From Marinobacter sp. (lineage in GTDB: Bacteria > Pseudomonadota > Alphaproteobacteria > Rhodobacterales > Rhodobacteraceae), in the NCBI GenBank assembly GCA_040119125.1, contig JBEDTR010000005.1:93266-157265 (forward strand): 64,000 nucleotides of DNA, written 5' to 3'. The translations under genes and the position numbers were made by a program. The notes under the pieces were generated by a model. It was not told the DNA's origin. It saw only the letters and a list, made by a program, of their open reading frames with translations, and searched no databases. Below, piece after piece: positions 18,457 through 28,957 of the stretch. Numbering within the stretch: the first letter of the stretch is position 1; the number at the start of each line of letters is the position of its first letter.

Positions 18457-18471
18457 GTTCTCTTTTCGTGC
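18457..18471 (+). promoter_or_regulatory. Alphaproteobacterial LexA (SOS) box upstream of ruvCAB
   Basis: GTTC-TCTTTTC-GTGC versus the consensus GTTC-N7-GTTC (1 mismatch), about 73 bp before ruvC. Confidence 0.6.
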
Positions 18472-18543
18472 TAACCCGCTGGAACCGCTCGCCAGAAACG
18501 AGTGGTAGCGACAATGAAATACGCGAATGCGAGGGGCAGCAGC

Positions 18544-19056
18544 ATGCGGGTGATCGGCATTGATCCGGGTCTGCGCAACATGGGTTGGGGCGTGATCGAG
18601 GTCGCGGGCAGCAAGATCCGGCATCTGGCCAATGGCACCTGCCGCACGGCGACCGGATCAGGCCCGCTGGCGCAACGGTTGCTGGACCTGCACGGCCAGT
18701 TGAGCGCGGTTTTCCTGACCCATCAGCCCAGCCATGCGGCGGTCGAACAAACATTCGTCAACAAGGACGGCGCGGCGACGCTGAAGCTGGGACAGGCACG
18801 GGCGATTGCCCTTCTGGTGCCCGCGCAGGCCGGGATCGAGATTGGCGAATATGCCCCTAACGCGGTCAAGAAAACGGTGGTCGGTGTCGGCCACGCAGCC
18901 AAGCAGCAGATCGATCACATGATCCGCCTGCAATTCCCCGGCGTGCAGATCCACAGCCCCGATGCCGCCGATGCGCTGGCCATCGCGCTGTGCCACGCCC
19001 ACCATGCCCGCAGCTCCGGCAGGCTTGCCGCCGCCGTGGCCAAGGCCCAAGGATAA
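18544..19056 (+). CDS. ruvC: Holliday junction resolvase RuvC
   Basis: [22 protein letters not shown] and [12 protein letters not shown]. Confidence 0.96.
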   Translation: MRVIGIDPGLRNMGWGVIEVAGSKIRHLANGTCRTATGSGPLAQRLLDLHGQLSAVFLTHQPSHAAVEQTFVNKDGAATLKLGQARAIALLVPAQAGIEIGEYAPNAVKKTVVGVGHAAKQQIDHMIRLQFPGVQIHSPDAADALAIALCHAHHARSSGRLAAAVAKAQG

Positions 19057-19067
19057 GGATCCTCCCC

Positions 19068-19754
19068 ATGATCGGACGCATTGCCGGACGGCTCGACTAC
19101 CGCGCGAGCGACCATGTGCTGATTGACGTGCGTGGCGTCGGCTATCTGGTCTATGTGTCAGAGCGCACCATGATGGCCCTGCCCGGCCCGAATGAGGCCG
19201 TGGCGCTTTATACCGATCTGGTCGTGCGCGAGGATCTGTTGCAGCTCTATGGCTTCCCCACCCTGCTGGAGAAGGAATGGCACCGGCTGCTGGTGTCGGT
19301 GCAGGGCATCGGGGCAAAGGCATCGCTGGCGATCCTAGGCACGCTCGGCCCCGAAGGCGTGAGCCGCGCCATCGCACTGGGCGATTGGAACGCGGTGAAG
19401 GCCGCGCCGGGTGTGGGGCCGAAGATCGCGCAGCGCGTCGTGAATGAACTGAAGGATAAGGCACCGGGCGTGATGGCGCTGGCCGCCACGATGAACCGCA
19501 CCGCCGGGGATACGCTGCCCGACATCGACACGGATGTGATCGAGGCCCCGGCGCCGCAGCGGCGCGGCAAATCGGCCCCCGCCCCGTCGGGCGGCGCCGT
19601 GGCGCAGGCGGATGCGCTGTCGGCCTTGTCGAACCTTGGCTATGCGCCGGGCGAGGCCGCGGGCGCGGTGGCGCAGGCCGCCAGTGACGCGCCTGACGCC
19701 GAAGCCCCGGACCTGATCCGCGCCGCGCTGCGCCTGCTGGCTCCGAAAGGCTGA
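19068..19754 (+). CDS. ruvA: Holliday junction branch migration protein RuvA
   Basis: MIGRIAG, GVGY, VRED..QLYGF, HhH motifs and ALSNLGY. Confidence 0.96.
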   Translation: MIGRIAGRLDYRASDHVLIDVRGVGYLVYVSERTMMALPGPNEAVALYTDLVVREDLLQLYGFPTLLEKEWHRLLVSVQGIGAKASLAILGTLGPEGVSRAIALGDWNAVKAAPGVGPKIAQRVVNELKDKAPGVMALAATMNRTAGDTLPDIDTDVIEAPAPQRRGKSAPAPSGGAVAQADALSALSNLGYAPGEAAGAVAQAASDAPDAEAPDLIRAALRLLAPKG

Positions 19755-19758
19755 TCCG

Positions 19759-20820
19759 ATGGCCGACCCGCATCCCGACGACCGCCCCGACCCGACCCTA
19801 CGCCCCGAGCCGCTGCCCGATGACCCGCTGACCGAGGATCGCGCGCTGCGCCCGCAAGGCCTGTCGGAATTCATCGGTCAGGCCGAGGCGCGCGCCAATC
19901 TGGCGGTGTTTATCGAAAGCGCGCGGCGGCGTGGGCAAGCGATGGACCACACGCTGTTTCACGGCCCGCCGGGGCTGGGTAAAACCACGCTGGCGCAGAT
20001 CATGGCGCGGGAATTGGGGGTGAATTTTCGCATGACCTCCGGGCCCGTTCTGGCCAAGGCGGGCGATCTGGCGGCGATCCTGACCAATCTGGAAGCGCGC
20101 GATGTTCTGTTTATCGACGAGATTCACCGCCTGAGCCCGGTGGTGGAGGAGGTTCTCTACCCGGCGCTGGAGGATTTCGAGCTGGATCTGGTGATCGGTG
20201 AAGGCCCCGCCGCGCGCACCGTGCGGATCGAATTGCAGCCCTTTACGCTGGTTGGGGCCACGACCCGGCTGGGGCTGCTGACAACGCCTCTGCGCGACCG
20301 GTTCGGCATCCCGACGCGGCTACAATTCTACACGGTGCCGGAGCTGAATGAGATCGTCCGCCGGGGCGCGCGTCTGCTGGGCGTGCCTGCGGATGAGGAT
20401 GGCTGTCTGGAGATCGCGCGCCGCGCCCGTGGCACCCCCCGGATCGCCGGTCGGCTGCTGCGCCGGGTGGTGGATTTCGCGCTGGTCGAGGGCGATGGCC
20501 GTCTGACCCGCGAACTGGCCGATAGCGCGCTGACGCGGCTGGGGGTGGATGAGATCGGGCTGGATGGCGCGGACCGTCGCTACCTGACGCTGATTGCCGA
20601 ACATTACCACGGGGGTCCGGTCGGGATTGAAACGATGGCCGCCGCCCTATCGGAAAGCCGCGATGCGCTGGAGGAGGTGATCGAGCCCTATCTGTTGCAG
20701 CAGGGCTTGATCCAACGCACCCCGCGCGGGCGGATGCTGGCGCATCGGGCGTGGACGCATCTGGGGCTGGCACCGCCGCGCCTGCCCGGTCAGGACGATC
20801 TGTTCGGCGGCGACGCTTGA
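19759..20820 (+). CDS. ruvB: Holliday junction DNA helicase RuvB
   Basis: [28 protein letters not shown] and RGTPRIA. Confidence 0.97.
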   Translation: MADPHPDDRPDPTLRPEPLPDDPLTEDRALRPQGLSEFIGQAEARANLAVFIESARRRGQAMDHTLFHGPPGLGKTTLAQIMARELGVNFRMTSGPVLAKAGDLAAILTNLEARDVLFIDEIHRLSPVVEEVLYPALEDFELDLVIGEGPAARTVRIELQPFTLVGATTRLGLLTTPLRDRFGIPTRLQFYTVPELNEIVRRGARLLGVPADEDGCLEIARRARGTPRIAGRLLRRVVDFALVEGDGRLTRELADSALTRLGVDEIGLDGADRRYLTLIAEHYHGGPVGIETMAAALSESRDALEEVIEPYLLQQGLIQRTPRGRMLAHRAWTHLGLAPPRLPGQDDLFGGDA

Positions 20821-20830
20821 TCCTTTTGGC

Positions 20831-21766
20831 TCAATAGCCGCGGTCGCGATCCACCTGATAAAGCAACGGCTCCCCCGCCTCGCCCCGGCGGATGTTTTCC
20901 GCGATGACCCGCGCGGAGGACCCCGGCCGGGTGCTGGACGCGATATGCGGCGTCACGGTGACCTGCGGATGGGACCAATAGGGATGATCGGCGGGCAGCG
21001 GCTCCACCCGGAACACATCAAGCGTGGCATGGGCGATCTGCCCGCTATCGAGCGCCGCCAGCAGCGCATCATCGTCGATGAGCGGCCCGCGACCGGGATT
21101 GATGACGACGGCCCCGCGCGGCAGCCATGCCAGCGCTTCGGCGTCGAGGGTGTTTTCGGTTTGCGGCGTGTCGGGCAGCAGCAGCACGACGATCTCGGCC
21201 TCGGCCAGCGCCGGGCGCAGGCCATCGGCACCGTGATGGGTGGTGACGCCCGGCACGTCATGCGGGCTGCGGCTCCATCCACTGACGCGGAAGTTCAGCG
21301 CGGCGAGCGCGCGGGCACAGGCCTGCCCCAGTTCCCCCATGCCAAGGATCGTCACGGCGCGGTCGCGGGCCAGCGGCGGCGGTGTGTCGCGCCATTCGCC
21401 ATTCAGACCGTGAATATGCGCATCCATGCCAAGGTGATGGCGCAGGACATGGCCGGTGACCCATTCCACCATGCCCTCGGCCAGCCCATCATCGACCATG
21501 CGGCACAGCGGCATCGTGAGCGTGTCATTGCCCACGACCCTCTCGACCCCGGCCCAGAGATTCAGCACGGCCTTGGTGCCTGTATAGGGGGAGAAATCCT
21601 GCAACGGGCCGTTCGGGGCGTAGACGATATAATCGACGCTCTCAGCCGGGCCCATGTCGGGGGCGATCTCGACGTTCAGCCCGGCCTCGGCACAGGCCTG
21701 TTGCAATGGCACGCGGTAATCGTCCCAGGCGGCAGGTTTACCGGCGAACAGCACTTGAATGGTCAT
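20831..21766 (-). CDS. ghrA: Glyoxylate/hydroxypyruvate reductase A
   Basis: WAGVE, GMGELG, LLLPDT, INPGRG, LDVF..EPL and TPHIAS. Confidence 0.88.
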   Translation of the reverse strand: MTIQVLFAGKPAAWDDYRVPLQQACAEAGLNVEIAPDMGPAESVDYIVYAPNGPLQDFSPYTGTKAVLNLWAGVERVVGNDTLTMPLCRMVDDGLAEGMVEWVTGHVLRHHLGMDAHIHGLNGEWRDTPPPLARDRAVTILGMGELGQACARALAALNFRVSGWSRSPHDVPGVTTHHGADGLRPALAEAEIVVLLLPDTPQTENTLDAEALAWLPRGAVVINPGRGPLIDDDALLAALDSGQIAHATLDVFRVEPLPADHPYWSHPQVTVTPHIASSTRPGSSARVIAENIRRGEAGEPLLYQVDRDRGY

Positions 21767-21860
21767 TGGGCGGGGCTCCTTGTCATTTGCCCCTGCCTAG
21801 CGCGCCCCGCCGCGCTTGTCAGCCAGCAGCGCGCGCCTGTGCTAACCCTATAAGGCGCGG

Positions 21861-23009
21861 CTACTTGCGCCCGCGCGGGCGGTGCACATGCGCCGATTGC
21901 ACCAGCCCGAAGGCCACCATCAGCACCAGCATGGCGGAGCCGCCATAGCTGACCAGTGGCAGCGGCACACCGACGACCGGCGCGAGGCCCATCACCATCG
22001 ACATATTGACCGCGAAAAACAGGAAAAACGTCGCCGCGATCCCAATGGTTAGCAGCGATGCAAAGCGGTCCTTGTTCGACATGGCCGAGGCAAGGCAGAA
22101 GATGATGATCAGCGCATAGAGCAGCAGCAGGGAGAACGCACCGACAAAGCCGAATTCCTCGGCCAGCGTGGTAAAGATGAAATCCGTGTGTTTCTCGGGC
22201 AGGAAGTTCAGCCGCGACTGCGTGCCCTGCATGAACCCGCGCCCGCCCCAGCCGCCGGAGCCCAACGCGATCTTGGATTGGGTGATGTGATAGCCCGCGC
22301 CCAGCGGATCGCTTTCGGGATCGAGGAACGTGTCGATGCGGCGATATTGGTAGTCCTTGAGCAGCTGCCAAGTGGTGCCCCGGCTTGCCAGCACCGAATA
22401 GACCAGCCCGCCCCCGGTCGCGACGACAAAGGCGAAATAGCCCCAATGCACCCCCGCCGCGAACATCACCAGCCCGCCGCCGATGACCAGCAAGAGCGCC
22501 GTGCCCAGATCCGGCTGGTTGAGCACCAGAAACGTCGGCAGCAGGATCAAAAACACCGGCACAAGCACCCAGAACGGGCGCGACACCTTGCGGATGTCCA
22601 GCCAGTCGTAGAAGGCCGCCAGCAGCATCACGAGGGTGATCTTGGTCAGCTCGGACGGTTGCAGCCGGATGAAGCCAAGGTCGATCCAGCGCTGTGCGCC
22701 CATGCCCACCTCGCCGAAAAATTCGACGAAGAGCAGCAGCGCGATCGACAGCGCATAGGCCAACCCCGCGATATTGCGCCAGAAATAGACCGGCACCATG
22801 GCGATGACGAACATCGCGACCATGCCGAGCGCGAAGCGCTTGATCTGCGGCTCGGCCCATGGCGACATGGAGCCGCCAGCCACCGAATACAGCATCAGAA
22901 AGCCAATCGCCGCAACCGATGTCAGCAGCAAGATCAGCGGCCAGTTCAGGTGCAGCACCTTGCGCAGCCCGGTGGGAACGGTCTTGACGTTATATTCGAG
23001 ATAGCTCAC
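21861..23009 (-). CDS. rodA: Rod shape-determining SEDS protein RodA
   Basis: GAQRWI, LQPSE..K, QPDLGT, LPEKHTDFIF and PLVSYGGS. Confidence 0.97.
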   Translation of the reverse strand: MSYLEYNVKTVPTGLRKVLHLNWPLILLLTSVAAIGFLMLYSVAGGSMSPWAEPQIKRFALGMVAMFVIAMVPVYFWRNIAGLAYALSIALLLFVEFFGEVGMGAQRWIDLGFIRLQPSELTKITLVMLLAAFYDWLDIRKVSRPFWVLVPVFLILLPTFLVLNQPDLGTALLLVIGGGLVMFAAGVHWGYFAFVVATGGGLVYSVLASRGTTWQLLKDYQYRRIDTFLDPESDPLGAGYHITQSKIALGSGGWGGRGFMQGTQSRLNFLPEKHTDFIFTTLAEEFGFVGAFSLLLLYALIIIFCLASAMSNKDRFASLLTIGIAATFFLFFAVNMSMVMGLAPVVGVPLPLVSYGGSAMLVLMVAFGLVQSAHVHRPRGRK

Positions 23010-23020
23010 CGGCAGTGCCC

Positions 23021-24940
23021 CTATGCCCGGTCAAGCTTGGCGCTGGCGACCAGTTCATTGCGCAGAGGAAGCTTTTTGCGCATCTCCTCGATTTTCCAGC
23101 GGTCGCTGGAGGGATAGGCGTCCATCGGCGGGAAGCCTTCATACATCGCCTGCAACAGCACGTCGCGCGCCACCGGGGCCGCCGCAGAGGAGCCGCCGCC
23201 GCCATGTTCCACCACCACCGACACCGCGTAGCGCGGGTTGTCGAAGGGGGCGAAGGCCACGAACAGGGCGTGGTCGCGTTCCTCCCACGGGACATCTTGG
23301 TTGCGGACCACGACGGAGCGGACCTGACTGGTGCCGGATTTGCCCGCCATATGTTTCCCCTCCGCGACGATGCGGCTGCCATAGCCGGTGCCGCCGCGGT
23401 GGTTCGACACGGCATACATCGCCTTGCGGACCTGTTGCAGCGTCGTCGGCGACACATCCACCGGGCCGTCATCGCGGGGGGCCTGTTCGACCCCGTCTAC
23501 GGATTTGATCAGCCGGGGGTGGATCTTGCTGCCGCTGGCGATCCGCGCGGTCATCACGGCGAGTTGCAGCGGCGAGGCCAGCACGAAGCCCTGCCCGATG
23601 GAGGCGTTCAGGCTGTCCCCGATCATCCAGTCGGAGCCGCGGTTGATCTCTTTCCACGTCTTGGTCGGCGTCAGGCCTTGCGCCACGGCGGACATGGGCA
23701 GGTCGAATTGCTCGCCCAGACCGAAGCGCTGCGCCATGGCGGAGATATTGTCGATGCCGGCCCGCTCGGCCAGTTCGTAGTAATAGACGTCGCAGGAGTG
23801 CTTCAGGCTGTCGTGCATATCGACCCAGCCGTGGCCACCGCGTTTCCAGCAGTGAAACCTGCGCCCGCCGATTTCCTTATAGCCCGGACAATAGATCGTC
23901 TCGCCGGAAGTCATCACCCCTGCCTCCGCCGCAGCCAGCGCCGTCATCATCTTGAAGGTCGAGCCGGGCGGATAGAGCCCCTGCACCGTCTTATTGGCCA
24001 GCGGGCGGTGATCGTCGCTGGTCAGGCCCCGGTAATCGGGCACGGAGATGCCACGCACGAATTTATTGGGATCAAACGACGGGGCGGAGGCAATCGCCAT
24101 CAAGTCGCCGTTGCGCACATCCATCACGACCGCCGACGCGCTTTCGCCTGCCAGCCGCGCCTGGGTGAAGGCCTGTAGGCGGTGATCGATGGTCAATTGC
24201 AGCGTATCGCCGGATTTGCCTTCCTGACGGCCCAGTTCGCGCATGACGCGGCCCACGGCGTTGACCTCGATCCGCTTGGTGCCCGCCTGCCCGCGCAGCT
24301 GGGTTTCGGCCTTGGCCTCCACCCCGGATTTGCCGATCTGGAATTTCGGGATCTGCAACAGCGGATCGGGGTCTTCCAGCTTTGACAGGTCGTAATCAGA
24401 GACCGGCCCCACATAGCCGATGACATGGGCGAAATCGCCCTGCATGGGGTAATGGCGGCTCAGGCCCACCTCCGGCGTCACGCCGGGCAGCGCGGGGGCG
24501 TTGACGGCAACCTTGGCCACGTCTTCCCACGACAAACGGTCGGCGATGGTGACGGGCACAAAGGACGACCGGCGTTCGATTTCCTTGAGCGCGCGATCCA
24601 CCTCGTCATCATCGAGCTTGACCAGCGTGCGCAGCTTGGCAATCGCGGCTTCGACATCGCCCGCATCCTCGCGCACGATGACGATGCGGTAATTCTGTTC
24701 GTTTTCCGCCAGCGCCACGCCGTTGCGGTCAAAAATCAGCCCCCGCGCGGGCGGGATCAAGCGCATGTTGATGCGGTTTTCTTCGGCGAGCAGGCGGAAG
24801 GCGTCGGCCTGATCGACCTGCATATACCGCATCCGCGCCGCCAAAAGCCCCATGAAGCCCAGCTGCGCGCCGCCAAGGATCAGACCCCGGCGGGTGATGC
24901 GGACGGCGCTTTCCTCGGTGTCCTTTGGTGCGCGTCTCAT
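23021..24940 (-). CDS. mrdA: Penicillin-binding protein 2
   Basis: RGLIFDRNG, SxxK (PGSTFK), SxD (SCDVYYY) and KSG motifs. Confidence 0.97.
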   Translation of the reverse strand: MRRAPKDTEESAVRITRRGLILGGAQLGFMGLLAARMRYMQVDQADAFRLLAEENRINMRLIPPARGLIFDRNGVALAENEQNYRIVIVREDAGDVEAAIAKLRTLVKLDDDEVDRALKEIERRSSFVPVTIADRLSWEDVAKVAVNAPALPGVTPEVGLSRHYPMQGDFAHVIGYVGPVSDYDLSKLEDPDPLLQIPKFQIGKSGVEAKAETQLRGQAGTKRIEVNAVGRVMRELGRQEGKSGDTLQLTIDHRLQAFTQARLAGESASAVVMDVRNGDLMAIASAPSFDPNKFVRGISVPDYRGLTSDDHRPLANKTVQGLYPPGSTFKMMTALAAAEAGVMTSGETIYCPGYKEIGGRRFHCWKRGGHGWVDMHDSLKHSCDVYYYELAERAGIDNISAMAQRFGLGEQFDLPMSAVAQGLTPTKTWKEINRGSDWMIGDSLNASIGQGFVLASPLQLAVMTARIASGSKIHPRLIKSVDGVEQAPRDDGPVDVSPTTLQQVRKAMYAVSNHRGGTGYGSRIVAEGKHMAGKSGTSQVRSVVVRNQDVPWEERDHALFVAFAPFDNPRYAVSVVVEHGGGGSSAAAPVARDVLLQAMYEGFPPMDAYPSSDRWKIEEMRKKLPLRNELVASAKLDRA

Positions 24941-24956
24941 GATCTACGACCCCCTG

Positions 24957-25493
24957 TCATAACCGATGCCCCAGCGCGTCCACCTCGCCCGGTGCGGCCT
25001 TGTGCAGGCCGAAGGCCAGATGCGACACCGCGACCACCGCCGGATAGACCGCGACGGTCAGAAACCCTTGCAGCGCCGATAGCCCGATGGGCGGGCGCGG
25101 CGTCATCACCAGCGCCAGCAGCAGCTGGTTGGCGGTAATCATAGCGGCGACGACGCCGCCGACGAACACCCATTCCAGAAAGAACGGCAATTCCCGGATA
25201 AGCCCCTGTCGCGCCCGCAGGAATTCAGTGCCCAGCAGCATCAGCATCGCCCATAGCCCCGGCGGGCGCTGAAAGATCAGATCGCAGGCCAGCGCCGCCA
25301 GCACGATCAGCACGGCGGGCACAAAATCCGGGCGGCGCAGCACCCATGCGGCGGTCAGCGCAAGGATCACATCGGGACCGGGGATCAGCCCCGCGCGGGT
25401 GTCGAGCGGGAGAACACGAAAGAAGATGCACAGCCCGACAATACCCAGATAGAGCGCGCGGTAAGCCCAGAGCCGGACGGTCAACGGATCCAT
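24957..25493 (-). CDS. mreD: Rod shape-determining protein MreD
   Basis: Hydrophobic 178-aa protein (PD..L...AWVLRRP, D....PPGLW) between mreC and mrdA. Confidence 0.88.
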   Translation of the reverse strand: MDPLTVRLWAYRALYLGIVGLCIFFRVLPLDTRAGLIPGPDVILALTAAWVLRRPDFVPAVLIVLAALACDLIFQRPPGLWAMLMLLGTEFLRARQGLIRELPFFLEWVFVGGVVAAMITANQLLLALVMTPRPPIGLSALQGFLTVAVYPAVVAVSHLAFGLHKAAPGEVDALGHRL

Positions 25494-26524
25494 CAGCGCC
25501 CCCCTGCCTGAGCCGTTTCAGTGCTGGTTTCGGCTGTGCCCGCAGCGTCAGACGAAGATGCTTCGTCAGTGGCTTCGGCCTCTGCGTCGCCGTCCTGATC
25601 TGCGTCGGCTTCTGCCGCGGCGCGGGCCTCAACCTCGGCGCGCAGGGCTTCGGCTGCGCCTTCGGGCGCGATCAGCCCGCCGATATCGCGGATGACCTCA
25701 GTGCCGTGAGAACGCAGCACGCGCAGGAATTCCAGCCGCTCGTAATCCGACGACAGGCGCACGCGCAGGCGACCGTCTGGGCCTTGGGTCATCTGCCCCA
25801 CCAAAATGCCCGGCGGGAATACGCCGCCATCACCCGAAGACACCACACGGTCGCCGGGGCGCACCTGATCGCTGTCTTCGAGGAATTCCAGCAGCGGCGC
25901 GGGATTATTGTCGCCCACCAGCAGCGATTGCTGGCCCGAGGGCTGGATCGTCACGGGGATGCGGCTGGCGGCGTCGGTCAGCAAGATCACCCGGCTGGTG
26001 CTGTCGCCCACGCCGGAAATCCGGCCCACCAGCCCAAGCCCGTCCATCGTGGCCCAGCCATCGCGGATGCCATCGCGGCGCCCGACATTGAGCAGCACCG
26101 ATTGCCGGAAGGGGGAGCCGCTATCGGCAATCACCACGCCGGACACGGAGGTCAGCTTGGGATCGAGCCGCACATTGTTGAGCGCCAGCAGCTTCGCGTT
26201 TTGCTGCTCCAGCTGAACGGCGGCTTCTTTCCACGCCTTCATCTGCTGCAATTCGCGGCGCAATTCGCGGTTTTGGTCGTAGATCCGGTTATAGGATTGA
26301 AAATCCTCAATCATATTCGACAGCTTGCGCACCGGCGCGGAGGCCCAATCGAAGCTGGGCACCACTTGATCGATCAGCGCGGCGCGGAAGCGTTCCACGC
26401 GCGGGCTGTCGATCCGCCATAGCATGAAGGTGCCAAAACACAGCACAAGCAGCGCACCGATAATGATCCGACGGATCGGGCGCACATAGATCTGGCTGCT
26501 GTCATTCGATCTGGCCACGAACAT
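25493..26524 (-). CDS. mreC: Rod shape-determining protein MreC
   Basis: TM helix plus coiled coil, GLVGRI, VILLTD and SSGDGGVFPPG; acidic C-terminal tail. Confidence 0.95.
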   Translation of the reverse strand: MFVARSNDSSQIYVRPIRRIIIGALLVLCFGTFMLWRIDSPRVERFRAALIDQVVPSFDWASAPVRKLSNMIEDFQSYNRIYDQNRELRRELQQMKAWKEAAVQLEQQNAKLLALNNVRLDPKLTSVSGVVIADSGSPFRQSVLLNVGRRDGIRDGWATMDGLGLVGRISGVGDSTSRVILLTDAASRIPVTIQPSGQQSLLVGDNNPAPLLEFLEDSDQVRPGDRVVSSGDGGVFPPGILVGQMTQGPDGRLRVRLSSDYERLEFLRVLRSHGTEVIRDIGGLIAPEGAAEALRAEVEARAAAEADADQDGDAEAEATDEASSSDAAGTAETSTETAQAGGR

Positions 26525-26648
26525 CCCCTTAGGCCCGGATCACCGCCGTATGATCCCTGCCGCATGACTACATCGGGTGGGCATCCCCATGCCCGTCCTG
26601 GTGTCGCCTGGCGTCACGCCTTTAGCTGCGCCGACCCTACTGGCCTCA

Positions 26649-26692
26649 GCGTCACCGCCGCCCCTCCGATGGCAGGGGCGGCGGCGTGACGC
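26649..26692. terminator. Long GC-rich hairpin downstream of mreB (terminator or mRNA-stabilising stem)
   Basis: GCGTCAC-CGCCGCCCCT...AGGGGCGGCG-GC-GTGACGC; no U-tract. Confidence 0.5.
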
Positions 26693-26730
26693 AGGCACAT
26701 CATCTGCCATCCGGCCCGCGTGACAGCCGG

Positions 26731-27963
<1,233 letters not shown>

Positions 27964-28054
27964 TCAGGGCCTCAAACGCCGTCCAGAGCGCAAATATAAT
28001 GGCGCGCGGCCCGCAAGGGGGGCAGCGCCACGGGTCAGACCTCAAAGACGCGGT

Positions 28055-28939
28055 TTAATTGGGCTGCAAGGGCAGCACATCGACCTTTTGTTCGCTATCT
28101 TGTCCGCCCGCCGTGCGCAGAACACCGCGCACCGGCGCGACATCGGCGTAATCGCGCCCCAACGCGGTCACGATGTGATCGGCGCCCACGAGCAAGTCAT
28201 TGGTGGGATCATATTGCACCCAGCCATTATCGGGGCCGCACCACGCCCGAACCCACGCATGCATGGCGTCCGCGCCTTCCAGACGCGGCTGACCATCGGG
28301 GGGGATGGTGCGCAAAAACCCGGACACATAGCCCGCCGGGATGCCCACGCCGCGCAGGCAGGCGATCATGATATGACTGTAGTCCTGACAGACCCCGCGC
28401 CGGGCGGTGAAGGCCGCGAGCGGCGGCGTGTTCACATCCGTCGCCCCTGCCTCGAACCGCATGTCGCGATGCAGTGCCCGCCCGATCCGGGTAACGATCT
28501 GCAAGGCGGTCATGCCGGGGGCCAGCTGGTCGCGCGCATAGGCGGTCATTTTGGGGCTGAGCGCGACACGGGGGGAAGCCGCGCGGAAATGATGGGGCGC
28601 ATCGGGTCCAAGCGCGTCGATCGACGCCAGATCGCGCGCCAGCCGATCCAGATCGGGCGAAAGATCGAGGCTTGGCGCCAGCGCCATCCGCCGCACCCGC
28701 GCGCGCAGGGACAGCACCAGATCCTTCACCGGTTGCCGAAAAACGATCTCGGTCGTGGGATTGCCGAAGAAATCGCGCCGGTCGTGGCGTTCATCGGGCC
28801 GCGGCGAGATGGTCAGCGCGCCGTCGAGCAGCGTCTGTTCCCCCGGCAGAGCCAGCGGCATCAGGCGCAGCAGGTGCCGGCCATTGCTGGCGGGGCTGTC
28901 ATAGCTGTAGCTGATTTCCAGCCGCAGGTCATAATGCAT
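28055..28939 (-). CDS. Transglutaminase-like protein (Bact_transglu_N plus core)
   Basis: Catalytic triad GVCQDYSH / HAWV / YDPTN and GRDYADV. Confidence 0.92.
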   Translation of the reverse strand: MHYDLRLEISYSYDSPASNGRHLLRLMPLALPGEQTLLDGALTISPRPDERHDRRDFFGNPTTEIVFRQPVKDLVLSLRARVRRMALAPSLDLSPDLDRLARDLASIDALGPDAPHHFRAASPRVALSPKMTAYARDQLAPGMTALQIVTRIGRALHRDMRFEAGATDVNTPPLAAFTARRGVCQDYSHIMIACLRGVGIPAGYVSGFLRTIPPDGQPRLEGADAMHAWVRAWCGPDNGWVQYDPTNDLLVGADHIVTALGRDYADVAPVRGVLRTAGGQDSEQKVDVLPLQPN

Positions 28940-28957
28940 GGCGTTTCGGTTCCGTCG